A stretch of 64,000 nt of DNA from Patescibacteria group bacterium (GCA_040386275.1 JAZKFU010000011.1:1383-65382); one strand, 5' to 3'; counted from the first letter of the stretch, positions 40,473 through 50,541 are shown. Notes: generated by a model not told the origin, from the letters alone. Numbers and translations: made by a program.

Positions 40473-42416
40473 ATGGAAACAACTACATTAGAAGGAATCA
40501 TCATGGTTCGAGGTAAAGGAACGGGGTTTGTTAAAATTCTGGGCCACGAGGAAGACGTGATTATTGAACGAGAAAACCTCGGGTTTGCGCTTGATGGGGA
40601 TGTCGTTGAAATTAAGCTAAAAAAGCTTGCGCCGGGCAAACGCCAGGAAGCTGAGGTGGTACGTGTCGTTTCAAAGGCCTTCCGGGAACTGATTGGCGTA
40701 GTGAAAGAGAAAACTATCGGTGGGAAAAAGGTCCTCTTTTTTAACCCGGACAACCACCGCATCCACGTCCGTCCCCTCTTACCTACCGCTACCGCCTCAG
40801 ATATTGATATGAAGGTAGCAATTGAAATCACGAGCTGGGCTGATGTCAAAGAAGAGCCGATTGGTACCATTATCGAAACGTTGGGGCGGGCTGGAGATCA
40901 CGAAACCGAAATGCAGGCAATTATTCGTTCAGGCGGGTTTGCTAAAAACTTCCCGGAAGTCGTCCAAGAAGCCGCTCAGAAATTGTATAAAGACCAGGCT
41001 CAGATTTTTGCTGACGCGGTCGCTGACCCAAAGCGACGTGACTTTCGGGGAGTAACCACAATGACGATTGACCCGCATGATGCCAAGGACTTTGACGATG
41101 CATTGTCATTTGAGAAACTCGAGAATGGTAACTACTCTATCGGTATTCATATTGCTGACGTATCACACTATGTGCGCGTGGGTGAAGTGCTCGATGACGA
41201 AGCTAAAGAACGCGGTACGTCCGTATATTTGGTAGACCGAGTCATTCCGATGTTGCCTGAAATTTTGAGTAATGACCTCTGTTCCCTACGACCAAACGAA
41301 GACCGCCTCGCCTTCTCTGCAGTATTTGAAATTACCCCGGGGGCTGAAGTAGTTGGCGAATGGTTTGGACAAACGATTATCAATTCTGACAAACGCTTTG
41401 CCTACGAAGGTGCCCAGGAAGTACTCGACAATGGCGCCGGTGAATACTACGAGGAACTCAACACCATGATGACGCTCGGACGGATTCTCCGTAAAAAACG
41501 CTACGCGTCAGGTGCCATTGCGTTTGAACAACCAGAAGTTAAATTTGAATTAGATGAAGCGGGCAAACCAATCCGCGCCTTTAAGAAAGAACGAGTGGAA
41601 ACCATGTTGATGATCGAGGATTTTATGTTGCTCGCTAACCAACAAGTAGCCAAACACATTGATGACCTGGCCAAAAAATACAAGCGCGACCTCGTGTACG
41701 TCTACCGTATTCACGATGTGCCAAACCCTGACAAAATTGAGGAACTGGCTATTTTCCTGCACGCTCTCGGGTATGAGTTTGAAACAAATAAAGGAACCGT
41801 TAAAGCTAATGAAATTAATCGTCTCCTAAAAGAGATTGTCGGTTCTCCCGAGGAAAACTTAATTAAGACTGCTGCTATTCGCTCAATGGCCAAAGCCGTG
41901 TACTCAACCAAGAACATCGGACACTTTGGTCTGGCGTTTAAATTCTATAGTCACTTCACCTCCCCCATTCGTCGCTACCCTGACTTGCTCGCTCACCGGC
42001 TCTTGCGCGCCCACTTGGATAACGTGCAGATTAAAAGTAGTGACTTTGCGCGTTATGAAGCCGTAGCCGTGCAATCATCAGCTCGTGAAATGGAAGCGGT
42101 TAAAGCTGAACGTGATTCAATCAAGTTCAAGCAAGTAGAGTTTATGCAAGGCAAAGTGGGTGATGAATTCCAAGCGATTATTACTGGCGTGACGGATTGG
42201 GGTATCTACGTCCAAGAACAAGAAGCGCTCTGTGAAGGCATGGTGCGTTTGGCCTCAATCCGGACTGATTACTTTGAACACGTAGCCAGCAAATACTGTA
42301 TTCGTGGTCAAAAGACCGGCAAGATTTATCGCCTCGGGGATACTGTTAAGGTAAAACTCGTCAAAGCCGATGCTGATGAACGACAACTGGATTTCGAGTT
42401 AGTAATCGAGAAATAA
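40473..42416 (+). CDS. rnr: Ribonuclease R (RNB family 3'-5' exoribonuclease)
   Basis: TIDP.DAKDFDDA, HIADVSHYV, HFTSPIRRYPDL, C-terminal S1 domain. Confidence 0.95.
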   Translation: METTTLEGIIMVRGKGTGFVKILGHEEDVIIERENLGFALDGDVVEIKLKKLAPGKRQEAEVVRVVSKAFRELIGVVKEKTIGGKKVLFFNPDNHRIHVRPLLPTATASDIDMKVAIEITSWADVKEEPIGTIIETLGRAGDHETEMQAIIRSGGFAKNFPEVVQEAAQKLYKDQAQIFADAVADPKRRDFRGVTTMTIDPHDAKDFDDALSFEKLENGNYSIGIHIADVSHYVRVGEVLDDEAKERGTSVYLVDRVIPMLPEILSNDLCSLRPNEDRLAFSAVFEITPGAEVVGEWFGQTIINSDKRFAYEGAQEVLDNGAGEYYEELNTMMTLGRILRKKRYASGAIAFEQPEVKFELDEAGKPIRAFKKERVETMLMIEDFMLLANQQVAKHIDDLAKKYKRDLVYVYRIHDVPNPDKIEELAIFLHALGYEFETNKGTVKANEINRLLKEIVGSPEENLIKTAAIRSMAKAVYSTKNIGHFGLAFKFYSHFTSPIRRYPDLLAHRLLRAHLDNVQIKSSDFARYEAVAVQSSAREMEAVKAERDSIKFKQVEFMQGKVGDEFQAIITGVTDWGIYVQEQEALCEGMVRLASIRTDYFEHVASKYCIRGQKTGKIYRLGDTVKVKLVKADADERQLDFELVIEK

Positions 42417-42447
42417 AAAAACTGCCCGGCAACCGGGCAGTTTTTTT
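42415..42447. terminator. Bidirectional terminator
   Basis: AAAAAAACTGCCCG-GCAAC-CGGGCAGTTTTTTT. Confidence 0.85.
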
Positions 42448-42448
42448 A

Positions 42449-43711
42449 TTAATTGCTCGCCATCTGGACTTCTTGTTGTTTCTTCTCGTAATCTGAAAAC
42501 GCTTGCGTCCAGCCCATCACTTTCGATACGTAGGTACTTGCTTCAGGTCCGTATGCCTCGACTCCTTTTTCTTTGGCACACTGGTGAATCATCGCAAAAA
42601 ATACATCGTATCCTGAGAGTGGTTCAGTTTGACCGACTAACTCAGCTGTTGATTCTGGTTCAGGATAGTTTTCCAAAAACCAACGCACTACTTCAGTCAT
42701 ACGGCGCTGTCCTGCATTGTATGAATTTATCATCAACGGCACTAAGAAATATTTTTCCATTGAAGCGGTATTCCCGTCAAAGTAAACTTTCGTTATGTAT
42801 GCTAATTCAAGATCTAGATCTTCAGCTAGTTTGGTATACGACGTTTCAATATGCTGAACACCCACTGGCAATTGATCAAGTAGATTTCGTGGATCAAGAT
42901 GCGGAAGATTGTGCTCTTTAATATATCCTTCAAATGTCCGTGGCATGGTTTGAAGCAACCCCACCGCCCCCGCTTTACTTGTCTTATTTGCATCAAAACG
43001 TGACTCTTCCGCTGCTAGTCCTATGAGATAGGGTGTAAATTCTTCTTCGACTCGTGGAGTTAATTGCGTAAAATTAGTTTCCAGTCTAATTATTGATAGA
43101 GCATCCCTCCCCTGAGGATCAGTTTCCAGTGGAGTTGTAGCGTTATCATAGACAAGTTCAACCTTACTATTCATATGCTCTGCACGGGTACTAGAGAGGT
43201 CTTGATACACATGGAGCATATTAATATCCGAAGTAGGGATATCTAATTGTTTACCAATATACGCTTCTTGCTCTTTTATCCACGCACCGGGAATTCCTTT
43301 TGGACCCGCACCTTCAAATCGCCAGGTCATTTCTTCAGGTGATAAACCGACGGACTCAGTGAGATTAAAGGGCTCAGTAATTTGTCTACCTAATGAATCC
43401 ACAAAGAGAACTTGGTCACGTCGTAACTCTCCCGCCTCAATGGTTCGAGCCGCTAACACTTTTTCAAAAACTGGCGAAGGCAATTCCTCAGCAATCATTT
43501 CCGCATCGTCTATTCGTTCTACTCTCTCATTTGTGTCTTTTGCAGACTCTTCAGTTCGATCCAACTTTTCCGTATAGCTATATCCCTCTTTTGCCATAGC
43601 TCCTAACGCAAGCGTCGAGCCAATAAGACCAGCCTTCATTGTTCCTTGTGCCCATTTCCCTGGGTTATACCGTTTTTCTACTTTTATGTTTGAAATAGGA
43701 GTTTTTTCCAT
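42449..43711 (-). CDS. Lytic transglycosylase (SLT domain) protein
   Basis: AEESRF...S.AGAVGLLQTMP and SYNAG motifs; N-terminal hydrophobic segment. Confidence 0.8.
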   Translation of the reverse strand: MEKTPISNIKVEKRYNPGKWAQGTMKAGLIGSTLALGAMAKEGYSYTEKLDRTEESAKDTNERVERIDDAEMIAEELPSPVFEKVLAARTIEAGELRRDQVLFVDSLGRQITEPFNLTESVGLSPEEMTWRFEGAGPKGIPGAWIKEQEAYIGKQLDIPTSDINMLHVYQDLSSTRAEHMNSKVELVYDNATTPLETDPQGRDALSIIRLETNFTQLTPRVEEEFTPYLIGLAAEESRFDANKTSKAGAVGLLQTMPRTFEGYIKEHNLPHLDPRNLLDQLPVGVQHIETSYTKLAEDLDLELAYITKVYFDGNTASMEKYFLVPLMINSYNAGQRRMTEVVRWFLENYPEPESTAELVGQTEPLSGYDVFFAMIHQCAKEKGVEAYGPEASTYVSKVMGWTQAFSDYEKKQQEVQMASN

Positions 43712-43820
43712 AGTACCTATAAGTATAGCATTGCCCTACAAGGGTCTGTACACAGCCTGTACATTAATTAAAAATATGTCATGATGAAAGCGGAGGAGAC
43801 ATCACTTATGAAAGGAGGCT

Positions 43821-44117
43821 GTGATGCATTATGATCTTCCACCACGCAAAACTCCCCACCGTTGGCGCGTAGAACTGACAGGTCAAATTGATGAGTTACA
43901 AGAAGCAGTAAATGCTCTAGAATATTATCTCGAGGAGGCCTGGATAGGAGTACTACAAAAAGGAGACGATGATGAAGCTAACGCCATCATCACGCTTAAA
44001 TGGCTTGATGTCGGCATGACCCAAATGGTCCGGAGTATCATTGAGAGCGATTTTGATGGAATTCGGATTATCTACAACGGAGGAACAGACGAAGATGGGG
44101 ACAGAATTACAATCTGA
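43821..44117 (+). CDS. Acidic hypothetical protein (ORFan)
   Basis: AGGAGG SD; terminator-like hairpin at ~44124-44174. Confidence 0.6.
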   Translation: MMHYDLPPRKTPHRWRVELTGQIDELQEAVNALEYYLEEAWIGVLQKGDDDEANAIITLKWLDVGMTQMVRSIIESDFDGIRIIYNGGTDEDGDRITI

Positions 44118-44240
44118 TAGAGGAAAAGCTTGTGCGACTATTGGTTACCATACCATCGTCACACAAGCTTTTTTAATACATATTTTTTATAACTACCCGT
44201 GAATGAATGTCTTTGATAGATTTCACCTCAACGAGTACAA

Positions 44241-44292
44241 GTTCCAGGAGTTTGGCCTAGGAAAGGGCCAAACTCGGAACAAAATTCGCAAT
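44241..44292 (+). repeat. Family B hairpin repeat, copy B2a
   Basis: GTTCC-AG-GAGTTTGGCC-TAGGAAAG-GGCCAAACTC-GGAAC-AAAATTCGCAAT. Confidence 0.8.
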
Positions 44293-44349
44293 ATGCCTTC
44301 TTAACTTTAAAACATATTACTTCGGTAGAGATAATTTCAACGATTTCAG

Positions 44350-44436
44350 GTTCTAGCAATTTGCCCTAGGAAAAAGGGGCAAATTGAGAACAAAATTCGC
44401 AATACACCCTTCGGGTGTTTGCTCATTTTATTTCGC
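44350..44436 (+). repeat. Family B hairpin repeat, copy B2b
   Basis: GTTCT-AG-CAATTTGCCC-TAGGAAAAAG-GGGCAAATTG-AGAAC-AAAATTCGCAAT, then a CACCC-TTCG-GGTG hairpin; tail overlaps the smc stop. Confidence 0.8.
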
Positions 44437-46683
44437 AACAGCCAATGCATCCTCGAACTTTACTGAGAGCAATTTAGATACCCCATCACTCCCCATAGTT
44501 ACACCATACAAAATTCCCGCTCGACTCATAGTTTCGCGATTGTGGGTAATTAAAATTAGTTGGGACTTTTCTGACAGAGCCTGAATCATATCACCGTAGC
44601 GCCGACTGTTGGCTTCGTCTAAAGCAGCGTCTGTTTCATCGAGGATAATAAACAGGGGTGGATTGACCTGACTCATCGCAAAGATTAAGGCGATTGATGT
44701 TAGAGCACGTTCACCACCGGACAACATCTCGAGCCCTTTCACGCGCTTGTTTGGTAACGCGACATCAAGTTCCACCCCTTCCTCCTTCCCTTCTTCTTCA
44801 GACAATGTTTCTGCTCCTTCATCATCAATTACTTTTACTTTTGGCTTCACTCGTTTAAGCTCTGCTTTTCCCCCGCCAAACATCAAGACAAAGAACCGAT
44901 TGAACTCGGTACCAATTTTATCAATCCCGGCGATAAATCGTTCGTTTAACTGGGCGTTTAATTCGGTGATGAGTGACTCTAATTTTTCAACTGAACTTTC
45001 TAAATCACTAATTTCGCGCGCCAAAAACTGATCTCGCTCTTCAGCATCTTTATGCTCCTTAAGCACGTCTTCGGTAGCACCAATCCCCAATTCTTCGAGT
45101 CTTATTTTTAATTTCTCAAGCGCCCGTCTGCGATCACGTTGTATACTTCGATCTTCATTTACAATTTGCTCAGTTGAAACCGCTACTCCATTGTCGATGA
45201 TTTCGTAATTAAAATACTGAGCGGCGGCACTTTTGATTAAGGTGACTGCTTCTTGTAACTCTTGTTTAAATTCATCACGGTCCCGTTCTAGTACAAATAA
45301 TTCCCGATCAATTTTCTCGAGTTCTATATCAACCAGACGTTGCTCGCTCACGAGCGAAAAAACGGCTCGTTCAGCATCGCGATTATTCAAAGCTTCGGCT
45401 TCAATGGACGCTTTAAGCGCATCGTATGCAGACTGTGCGATTTGTTCTTTTTGTTGTGCTGCTTGATGGGCTGATTCAAGGCTTTTATTTTGTTGCGTTA
45501 ATTCTCGCAACTCTGCTTCTTCAGCTTTAGTATCTTCAAGCGCCGTTGGTTCGTTGCGGGTAATAAAGACCTTAAGGGTATGCACGATATCGGACAAAGC
45601 CCGTTTAAGTATCGCCACATCGTCACGCTTGAGCGCTTTTTCAACCTCACTTTCAATTGTAGTGATGAGTGACTCGTATGACGCGACATTCACAAATTGC
45701 GTTTGGGTCGTTGGCTTTTGTTGTTGCTTAGCTTCAATGCGCTTGGTAACGTACGCAATTTGTCCCTCGAGTTGATTGAGGGCGCGAAAGGCTGATTGCC
45801 GTGCGGACCGGGCATTTGCTAAGTTTTCTTCAGCTTCACTCACCGCTGAGTTACCTGATTTATTTTCTGCTTTTCGTAACGTATCTTTGGCTTCGGCAAG
45901 TTGCTGCGCTAATTTTTCTTTGAGTTCAGAGGGGGTACGTCTCGCTTCCTTTAAGGCATCAACATGGTACGCAATGTACGTGTCTTCTCGTTTAAGGTAT
46001 TCGGCATAGACTGATTTTAATTCCGCTTGGACTTGCAGAGATTTCTCAACGCGCGCCACTTGTTTTTTGAGGTATGCTAAATGCGGTGCGTGTTCTCGCC
46101 TGAGTGACTGCACCTGTTCGATATTTCCTTTAGTTTTTTCGAGTTTCTTTTCTGCTTCGTTCTTTTTGTATTGATACACTTTGAGTCCCAAGGCATCTTC
46201 AATCATTTCACGACGTTCGCGGCCTGAAGCAGAGAGAATCCGGTCGGCTTCCCCTTGAGAAATAATATGATGCCCAGTTGAACCTATATTAGCGGCCGCC
46301 AGTAGTTCTTGAACATCCTTTAACCGTACCTGGGAATCATTAATAAAATATTCATTTTGTCCATCGCGATGGACCACGCGCTCAATTTTGATACTATCAA
46401 AATCTACTCCAAATACCCGCTTGGTATTGTCGAGCATCACGGATACCGAGGCTCGGTTTCCCCGAGACACTGATTCCGAACCACCCCAGATTAAATCTTC
46501 TCCGCGCTTTCCACGCAATGACTTAACAGACTGTTCCCCGAGTACAAACCGAAAGGCTTCAGCGACGTTACTTTTCCCTGAACCATTTGGTCCGACAATT
46601 GAGGTAATGGGTGCAGAAAATTCCAGCTCGCTCTTTTTAGCAAAAGATTTAAAACCATTAATACTGAGTTCTTGAAGGTACAT
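44428..46683 (-). CDS. smc: SMC-family ATPase, short (751 aa), no recognisable hinge
   Basis: GFKSF, GPNGSGKSN, ISQG, LSGGE, ILDETDAALD, ITH; coiled coils between the head halves. Confidence 0.85.
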   Translation of the reverse strand: MYLQELSINGFKSFAKKSELEFSAPITSIVGPNGSGKSNVAEAFRFVLGEQSVKSLRGKRGEDLIWGGSESVSRGNRASVSVMLDNTKRVFGVDFDSIKIERVVHRDGQNEYFINDSQVRLKDVQELLAAANIGSTGHHIISQGEADRILSASGRERREMIEDALGLKVYQYKKNEAEKKLEKTKGNIEQVQSLRREHAPHLAYLKKQVARVEKSLQVQAELKSVYAEYLKREDTYIAYHVDALKEARRTPSELKEKLAQQLAEAKDTLRKAENKSGNSAVSEAEENLANARSARQSAFRALNQLEGQIAYVTKRIEAKQQQKPTTQTQFVNVASYESLITTIESEVEKALKRDDVAILKRALSDIVHTLKVFITRNEPTALEDTKAEEAELRELTQQNKSLESAHQAAQQKEQIAQSAYDALKASIEAEALNNRDAERAVFSLVSEQRLVDIELEKIDRELFVLERDRDEFKQELQEAVTLIKSAAAQYFNYEIIDNGVAVSTEQIVNEDRSIQRDRRRALEKLKIRLEELGIGATEDVLKEHKDAEERDQFLAREISDLESSVEKLESLITELNAQLNERFIAGIDKIGTEFNRFFVLMFGGGKAELKRVKPKVKVIDDEGAETLSEEEGKEEGVELDVALPNKRVKGLEMLSGGERALTSIALIFAMSQVNPPLFIILDETDAALDEANSRRYGDMIQALSEKSQLILITHNRETMSRAGILYGVTMGSDGVSKLLSVKFEDALAVAK

Positions 46684-46707
46684 GCCGGCGTTTATAATAT
46701 CAAAGTT

Positions 46708-47208
46708 TTACCAGCTAACACCGCCTGCTGAATAGACCGCGTACGTATTTGAATCAGTGGTGCCGTTAGCGTACTCGTCTCCCGTGGTAGTAAATTTAAC
46801 TTCAACTGAATCTTTAACCATAAGTTTGTAATCATCACCGCTCGCATCAGTGCGGTACATAAATCCTTGCCCAGCGGTGTTTTCACTGCTAGGGTCACGT
46901 GGTAACGCGGGAATGTAATCAGGAACTAACCCCGTAATATAATCGGTACAACTAGCACTTGCTTCAGCATAACTTCCAGCCGCTACACTACAGCCCGCGG
47001 CTGGGTACCGGTCATTTTGCGCTTTATAAAATTCAATAGCGAGTTGCAGTTCTTTGAGACTAGTTTTTCGAATATCATCACGAGATGATTTGCGCGCTTC
47101 ACCAAAGTTAGCGTAGACAATCGACGACAAAATTCCAATAATAGAGATAGCCACCATGAGTTCAACTAAGGTAAATCCTTTAAAGTGTTTTGAATATTTA
47201 TGTAACAT
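46708..47208 (-). CDS. Type IV pilin/pseudopilin-like protein
   Basis: Prepilin cleavage/methylation motif KGFTLVELMV; LP.DP. Confidence 0.88.
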   Translation of the reverse strand: MLHKYSKHFKGFTLVELMVAISIIGILSSIVYANFGEARKSSRDDIRKTSLKELQLAIEFYKAQNDRYPAAGCSVAAGSYAEASASCTDYITGLVPDYIPALPRDPSSENTAGQGFMYRTDASGDDYKLMVKDSVEVKFTTTGDEYANGTTDSNTYAVYSAGGVSW

Positions 47209-47209
47209 A

Positions 47210-47785
47210 TTATGAGCAAATTACGACAGCGGTGTTTGTTTTTACTGAGGCAGGGGTAGTTCCGTCAGCAAACCCACCCCACAGTGCATAGGTTCGTTGG
47301 TAGGTAGCATCGCTCGGACTGCAAACTCCAGTGGTGGTACAGATAGCGGCAGAACTAGTATCACACCGCTTCATAACATGGGTGTTGGTCACCGTTTCTG
47401 CCTCTACCGATCCCACTGCCATTATTTTATAACTAGTCCCTGCAGCGTTCGTAACGTATGAATACCCCAGTGCACTGCCTCGTCTCGAGTCATTGGGCAA
47501 AACCGGAATATACTCGGGAGCTAGCCCGGCGATATACGTCAGACCATCAGCTTCACTTGATAACCCATCACCACCCGGGTATCCCATAGCGGGATACCTC
47601 CCCACTTTTCGTTTGTATTGCTCAATAGCACTCTGGAGGTTTCGCAAATCAGCTTGTCGCTCGATATCGCGCGCGCGTGGGTTGGCACGTCCAACATTGG
47701 CATACACAATAGCCGCTAAAATACTCACAACGGTAATAGTGACTAAAAGTTCAACCAATGTAAACCCAGCGATGCGTCGTTTCAT
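47210..47785 (-). CDS. Type IV pilin/pseudopilin-like protein
   Basis: AGFTLVELLV; RD..R.ADL..LQ.AIE.Y; paralog of the adjacent gene. Confidence 0.88.
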   Translation of the reverse strand: MKRRIAGFTLVELLVTITVVSILAAIVYANVGRANPRARDIERQADLRNLQSAIEQYKRKVGRYPAMGYPGGDGLSSEADGLTYIAGLAPEYIPVLPNDSRRGSALGYSYVTNAAGTSYKIMAVGSVEAETVTNTHVMKRCDTSSAAICTTTGVCSPSDATYQRTYALWGGFADGTTPASVKTNTAVVICS

Positions 47786-47862
47786 TGCTACCAGTGTATC
47801 ACGATACAAAAGAGGCACGAGCCTTGGCCGTACCTTCCTGTGCATTATAGGTACAAGCGATT

Positions 47863-48579
47863 TTAATCAGCCTCCCAGCCCTTGGCAATCAAAGCCTTTT
47901 CTGCCGCTGCTTGTTCAGCCTCTTGTTTAGAACGACCATCTCCTTCAGCAATCTTTTCTTGTCGCAAAAATACTCCGACGGTAAACACGCGATCATGGTC
48001 GGGACCACTTTGACTCATCAATTGATAGGTTGGCGTCACGGAAGCATGTTCTTGTCCCAATTCCTGGAATCGACTTTTTGCATCTTGCCATAATTTTTTG
48101 CGGACAATCTCATCAGTTTTAGGGAATAGTTCTCGCGCCACAAATGTACGCGCAACATCAAACCCTTGATCTAAATAAATAGCTCCGATAAACGCTTCAA
48201 AAACGTTCGCTAGGATGTATTGTCGGGCCCGCCCTTCATCTTTGGCTTCACCCTTACTCATCAGTAGGTATTGATTTACTCCGAGCGCTTCGGATGATGC
48301 TGAAAGTGACACGGTATTAACCAACGCTGCCCGGATAGCAGTTAATTCCCCTTCTGGTTTATCCGCGTACGTTTTAAATAGATAGTCAGTCACTACTAGC
48401 TCCAATACCGCGTCTCCCAAAAACTCCAACCGTTCATTATGGTCTTGAGTAGCATTACGATGCTCATTTAAATATGAACGATGGGTAATCGCAGAGAGTA
48501 ACAGCTGCTTATCAGTAAAAACGACACCTAATATTTCTTCCAAGCTGGCTAAATCATCTTCAATGTTTCGTGCATCCAT
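47863..48579 (-). CDS. rnc: Ribonuclease III
   Basis: HRSY, NERLEFLGDAVL, ANVFEAFIGAIYLD, C-terminal dsRBD; start at MDARN. Confidence 0.96.
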   Translation of the reverse strand: MDARNIEDDLASLEEILGVVFTDKQLLLSAITHRSYLNEHRNATQDHNERLEFLGDAVLELVVTDYLFKTYADKPEGELTAIRAALVNTVSLSASSEALGVNQYLLMSKGEAKDEGRARQYILANVFEAFIGAIYLDQGFDVARTFVARELFPKTDEIVRKKLWQDAKSRFQELGQEHASVTPTYQLMSQSGPDHDRVFTVGVFLRQEKIAEGDGRSKQEAEQAAAEKALIAKGWEAD

Positions 48580-48607
48580 AAAATAGAAATAAGATATTTG
48601 TTTATTT

Positions 48608-48851
48608 GAATCGATAGAAATGAGTGCAATTCGCGTGAGAAGTGACCTTATGTCACTTCGCAAGACTCACCCTGTTACTTTATGAACTAAAGTGAAATAA
48701 AGTAACGAGTGAGTAGACAGTTCCTGTAAGGAAGGGCAAGGAAAATATTTCTCGAAGTGCGGTCCAGCGATTTTCCTTAGGAGGAAAAATCGGGACATAA
48801 ATTCAGAATAATCGCTACGCTCATTTCTTCATTCACCATTTGTATCGATTC
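48608..48851. other. ~245-nt multi-hairpin structure in the nusB-rnc intergenic region (rnc 5' leader), containing family B copy B3
   Basis: Closing stem GAATCGATA.AAATG.GTG/CAC.CATTT.TATCGATTC; internal hairpins GAAGTGAC/GTCACTTC and ACTCAC..GTTACTTTAT/ATAAAGTAAC..GTGAGT. Confidence 0.65.
48761..48834 (+). repeat. Family B hairpin repeat, copy B3
   Basis: GGTCC-AG-CGATTTTCC-TTAGGA-GGAAAAATCG-GGAC-ATAAATTCAGAATAATCGCTACGCTCATTTCTTCATTC. Confidence 0.85.
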
Positions 48852-48856
48852 TAGCA

Positions 48857-49756
48857 TTAACGACTTTTTCTGCCAACTAGCATGGTAATGGCCTTGGTCA
48901 CAATTGGAAGGATGTCTTCGTAAAAATTTAGGTCAAGAATATCCGCTACCTTGAACCATTGCCCGTCGTCGAGACCGCCTTTTTGCTCCATTTCAATGGT
49001 GGTGTAGGGTGATGAGGCGAGGAAATAGTGTACTTGCTTACGCACCTTCCCTTTTTCTGGATGGGTTGCTACGTATTCGTTGTTACCCAATTCCGCTTCG
49101 ATAGTTATATCTAAGCCCATTTCTTCTTTCAGCTCGCGAACCGCTCCTGCTTGCACATCTTCTCCTTCTTCAATTTTTCCTTTTGATAGTGTCCAGTGGC
49201 CAAAAATGTCATGCACTAAAGCGAGGTACATCGAACCATTATCTTCGGCGTACACCACGGCACCAGCTAATCGTTCAATCGGCATTTCATTAAAAGGAAC
49301 TTCTTTTTTCTTCTTCCCTACTTCCTCTTTACCGGGTTCACCAATTTCCTTATAGACAGCCCCTAATACCCCGTTAACAAAACGGCTACTATTATCACCT
49401 CCAAATTGCTTCGCCAGTTCAATTGCTTCATTAATCGCTACTTTCGCCGGCACTTCTTTTCTATCTGCAAACAACAATTCAAATAACCCGAGACGCAGGA
49501 TATTTCGATCTACGGGTGAGATTCTATCAATTGGCCACTCCGGGGCGGCTTTTTCAATCACTAAATCAAGTTCGGGTTGCTTACTTAAAATACCATCGAG
49601 GAGTCGCTCCATAAATGGCCTGTCAGTTTTATTGGGTGCAAATTCTTCTATATTTCTATCTAAAACTTCAATAACTGCTTTTCGATCTATTGCATTCAAA
49701 TCCCACTCAAAAAGTGATTGTAGAACGATACTGCGTGAAAGGTGCCTATTTGCCAT
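48857..49756 (-). CDS. nusB: Transcription antitermination factor NusB fused to a C-terminal NUDIX domain
   Basis: R..SR...LQ.LFEWD, DRNILRLG, KVAINEAIELAK.FG, FVNGVLG; then KGKIEEGE....AVRELKEEMG. Confidence 0.92.
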   Translation of the reverse strand: MANRHLSRSIVLQSLFEWDLNAIDRKAVIEVLDRNIEEFAPNKTDRPFMERLLDGILSKQPELDLVIEKAAPEWPIDRISPVDRNILRLGLFELLFADRKEVPAKVAINEAIELAKQFGGDNSSRFVNGVLGAVYKEIGEPGKEEVGKKKKEVPFNEMPIERLAGAVVYAEDNGSMYLALVHDIFGHWTLSKGKIEEGEDVQAGAVRELKEEMGLDITIEAELGNNEYVATHPEKGKVRKQVHYFLASSPYTTIEMEQKGGLDDGQWFKVADILDLNFYEDILPIVTKAITMLVGRKSR

Positions 49757-49867
49757 GAAAAAATGTACTTAACTGCTTCTGAGATTGAGTATACACGAAC
49801 CATACTTTCGCTACTACCCTTAATCCACAAATCCCGCACCGAGGTGCGGGATTTCTAAATGGGATAC

Positions 49868-50137
49868 TTATTTAGCTTCTGGTACTACAGGAGTAGCATC
49901 TGTTACTTGTGCTTTGATTGCATCACGCTTGGCGTTCATACGCGCTTCACGTTCTGACTTCTTAGCCGCTAAATCTAGTACCATTTTGCCGTTGTAAAAA
50001 CCACAATCAAGGCACATGTGGTGTGGTCGGTGGTTTCCACCACAGTTTTTGCAGATCGCTAACTCAGGACTCTTAAGAGCGTGATGTGAGCGTCTGTTAG
50101 CGGTGTGTGACCGCGTATGTCGCATTCGGATTACCAT
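49868..50137 (-). CDS. rpmF: 50S ribosomal protein L32 (Zn-ribbon type)
   Basis: RRSHHAL, C..CG....PHH.C..CG.YNG. Confidence 0.93.
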   Translation of the reverse strand: MVIRMRHTRSHTANRRSHHALKSPELAICKNCGGNHRPHHMCLDCGFYNGKMVLDLAAKKSEREARMNAKRDAIKAQVTDATPVVPEAK

Positions 50138-50355
50138 AGTGGCGCAACTATAACAAATCTACGTAAAAACGCAAGCAAGCCAAGGAATGTAACAACCATA
50201 GCTAACTTAATTCCTGATTTGTCTCTTTCTAAGGCAAATTGCTAGAACTGTCGCGTAATTGTTAACTTTTTGAGTAAAAAAGAGAGATAAGAAAAAAGAC
50301 GGGATATAGTATCCCGCCTTTCTGTAACAATCTCCGTCTTGCAAGACCGGAGCTA

Positions 50356-50541
50356 TCAAGCTGCCTGAGCAACCGGCGATACACACTTGAAGTGTTTGCA
50401 CGAAGTCTGAACTTCGGTTGGTCCGCGATTCATTTCGCAAGCGATGTGCGTCACCACACCGTTTTTGCATGAATGCGGGCGTGATTCCCTGTAGTGGGTG
50501 CACCCCTCACAAATTGCACCCTTGGGAAATTCTAGTGCCAT
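50356..50541 (-). CDS. 61-aa Cys/His-rich hypothetical protein
   Basis: C..C.HY...C...C...C.HF.C; GAGG SD; upstream TTGTAA-17-TATAGT promoter. Confidence 0.55.
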   Translation of the reverse strand: MALEFPKGAICEGCTHYRESRPHSCKNGVVTHIACEMNRGPTEVQTSCKHFKCVSPVAQAA

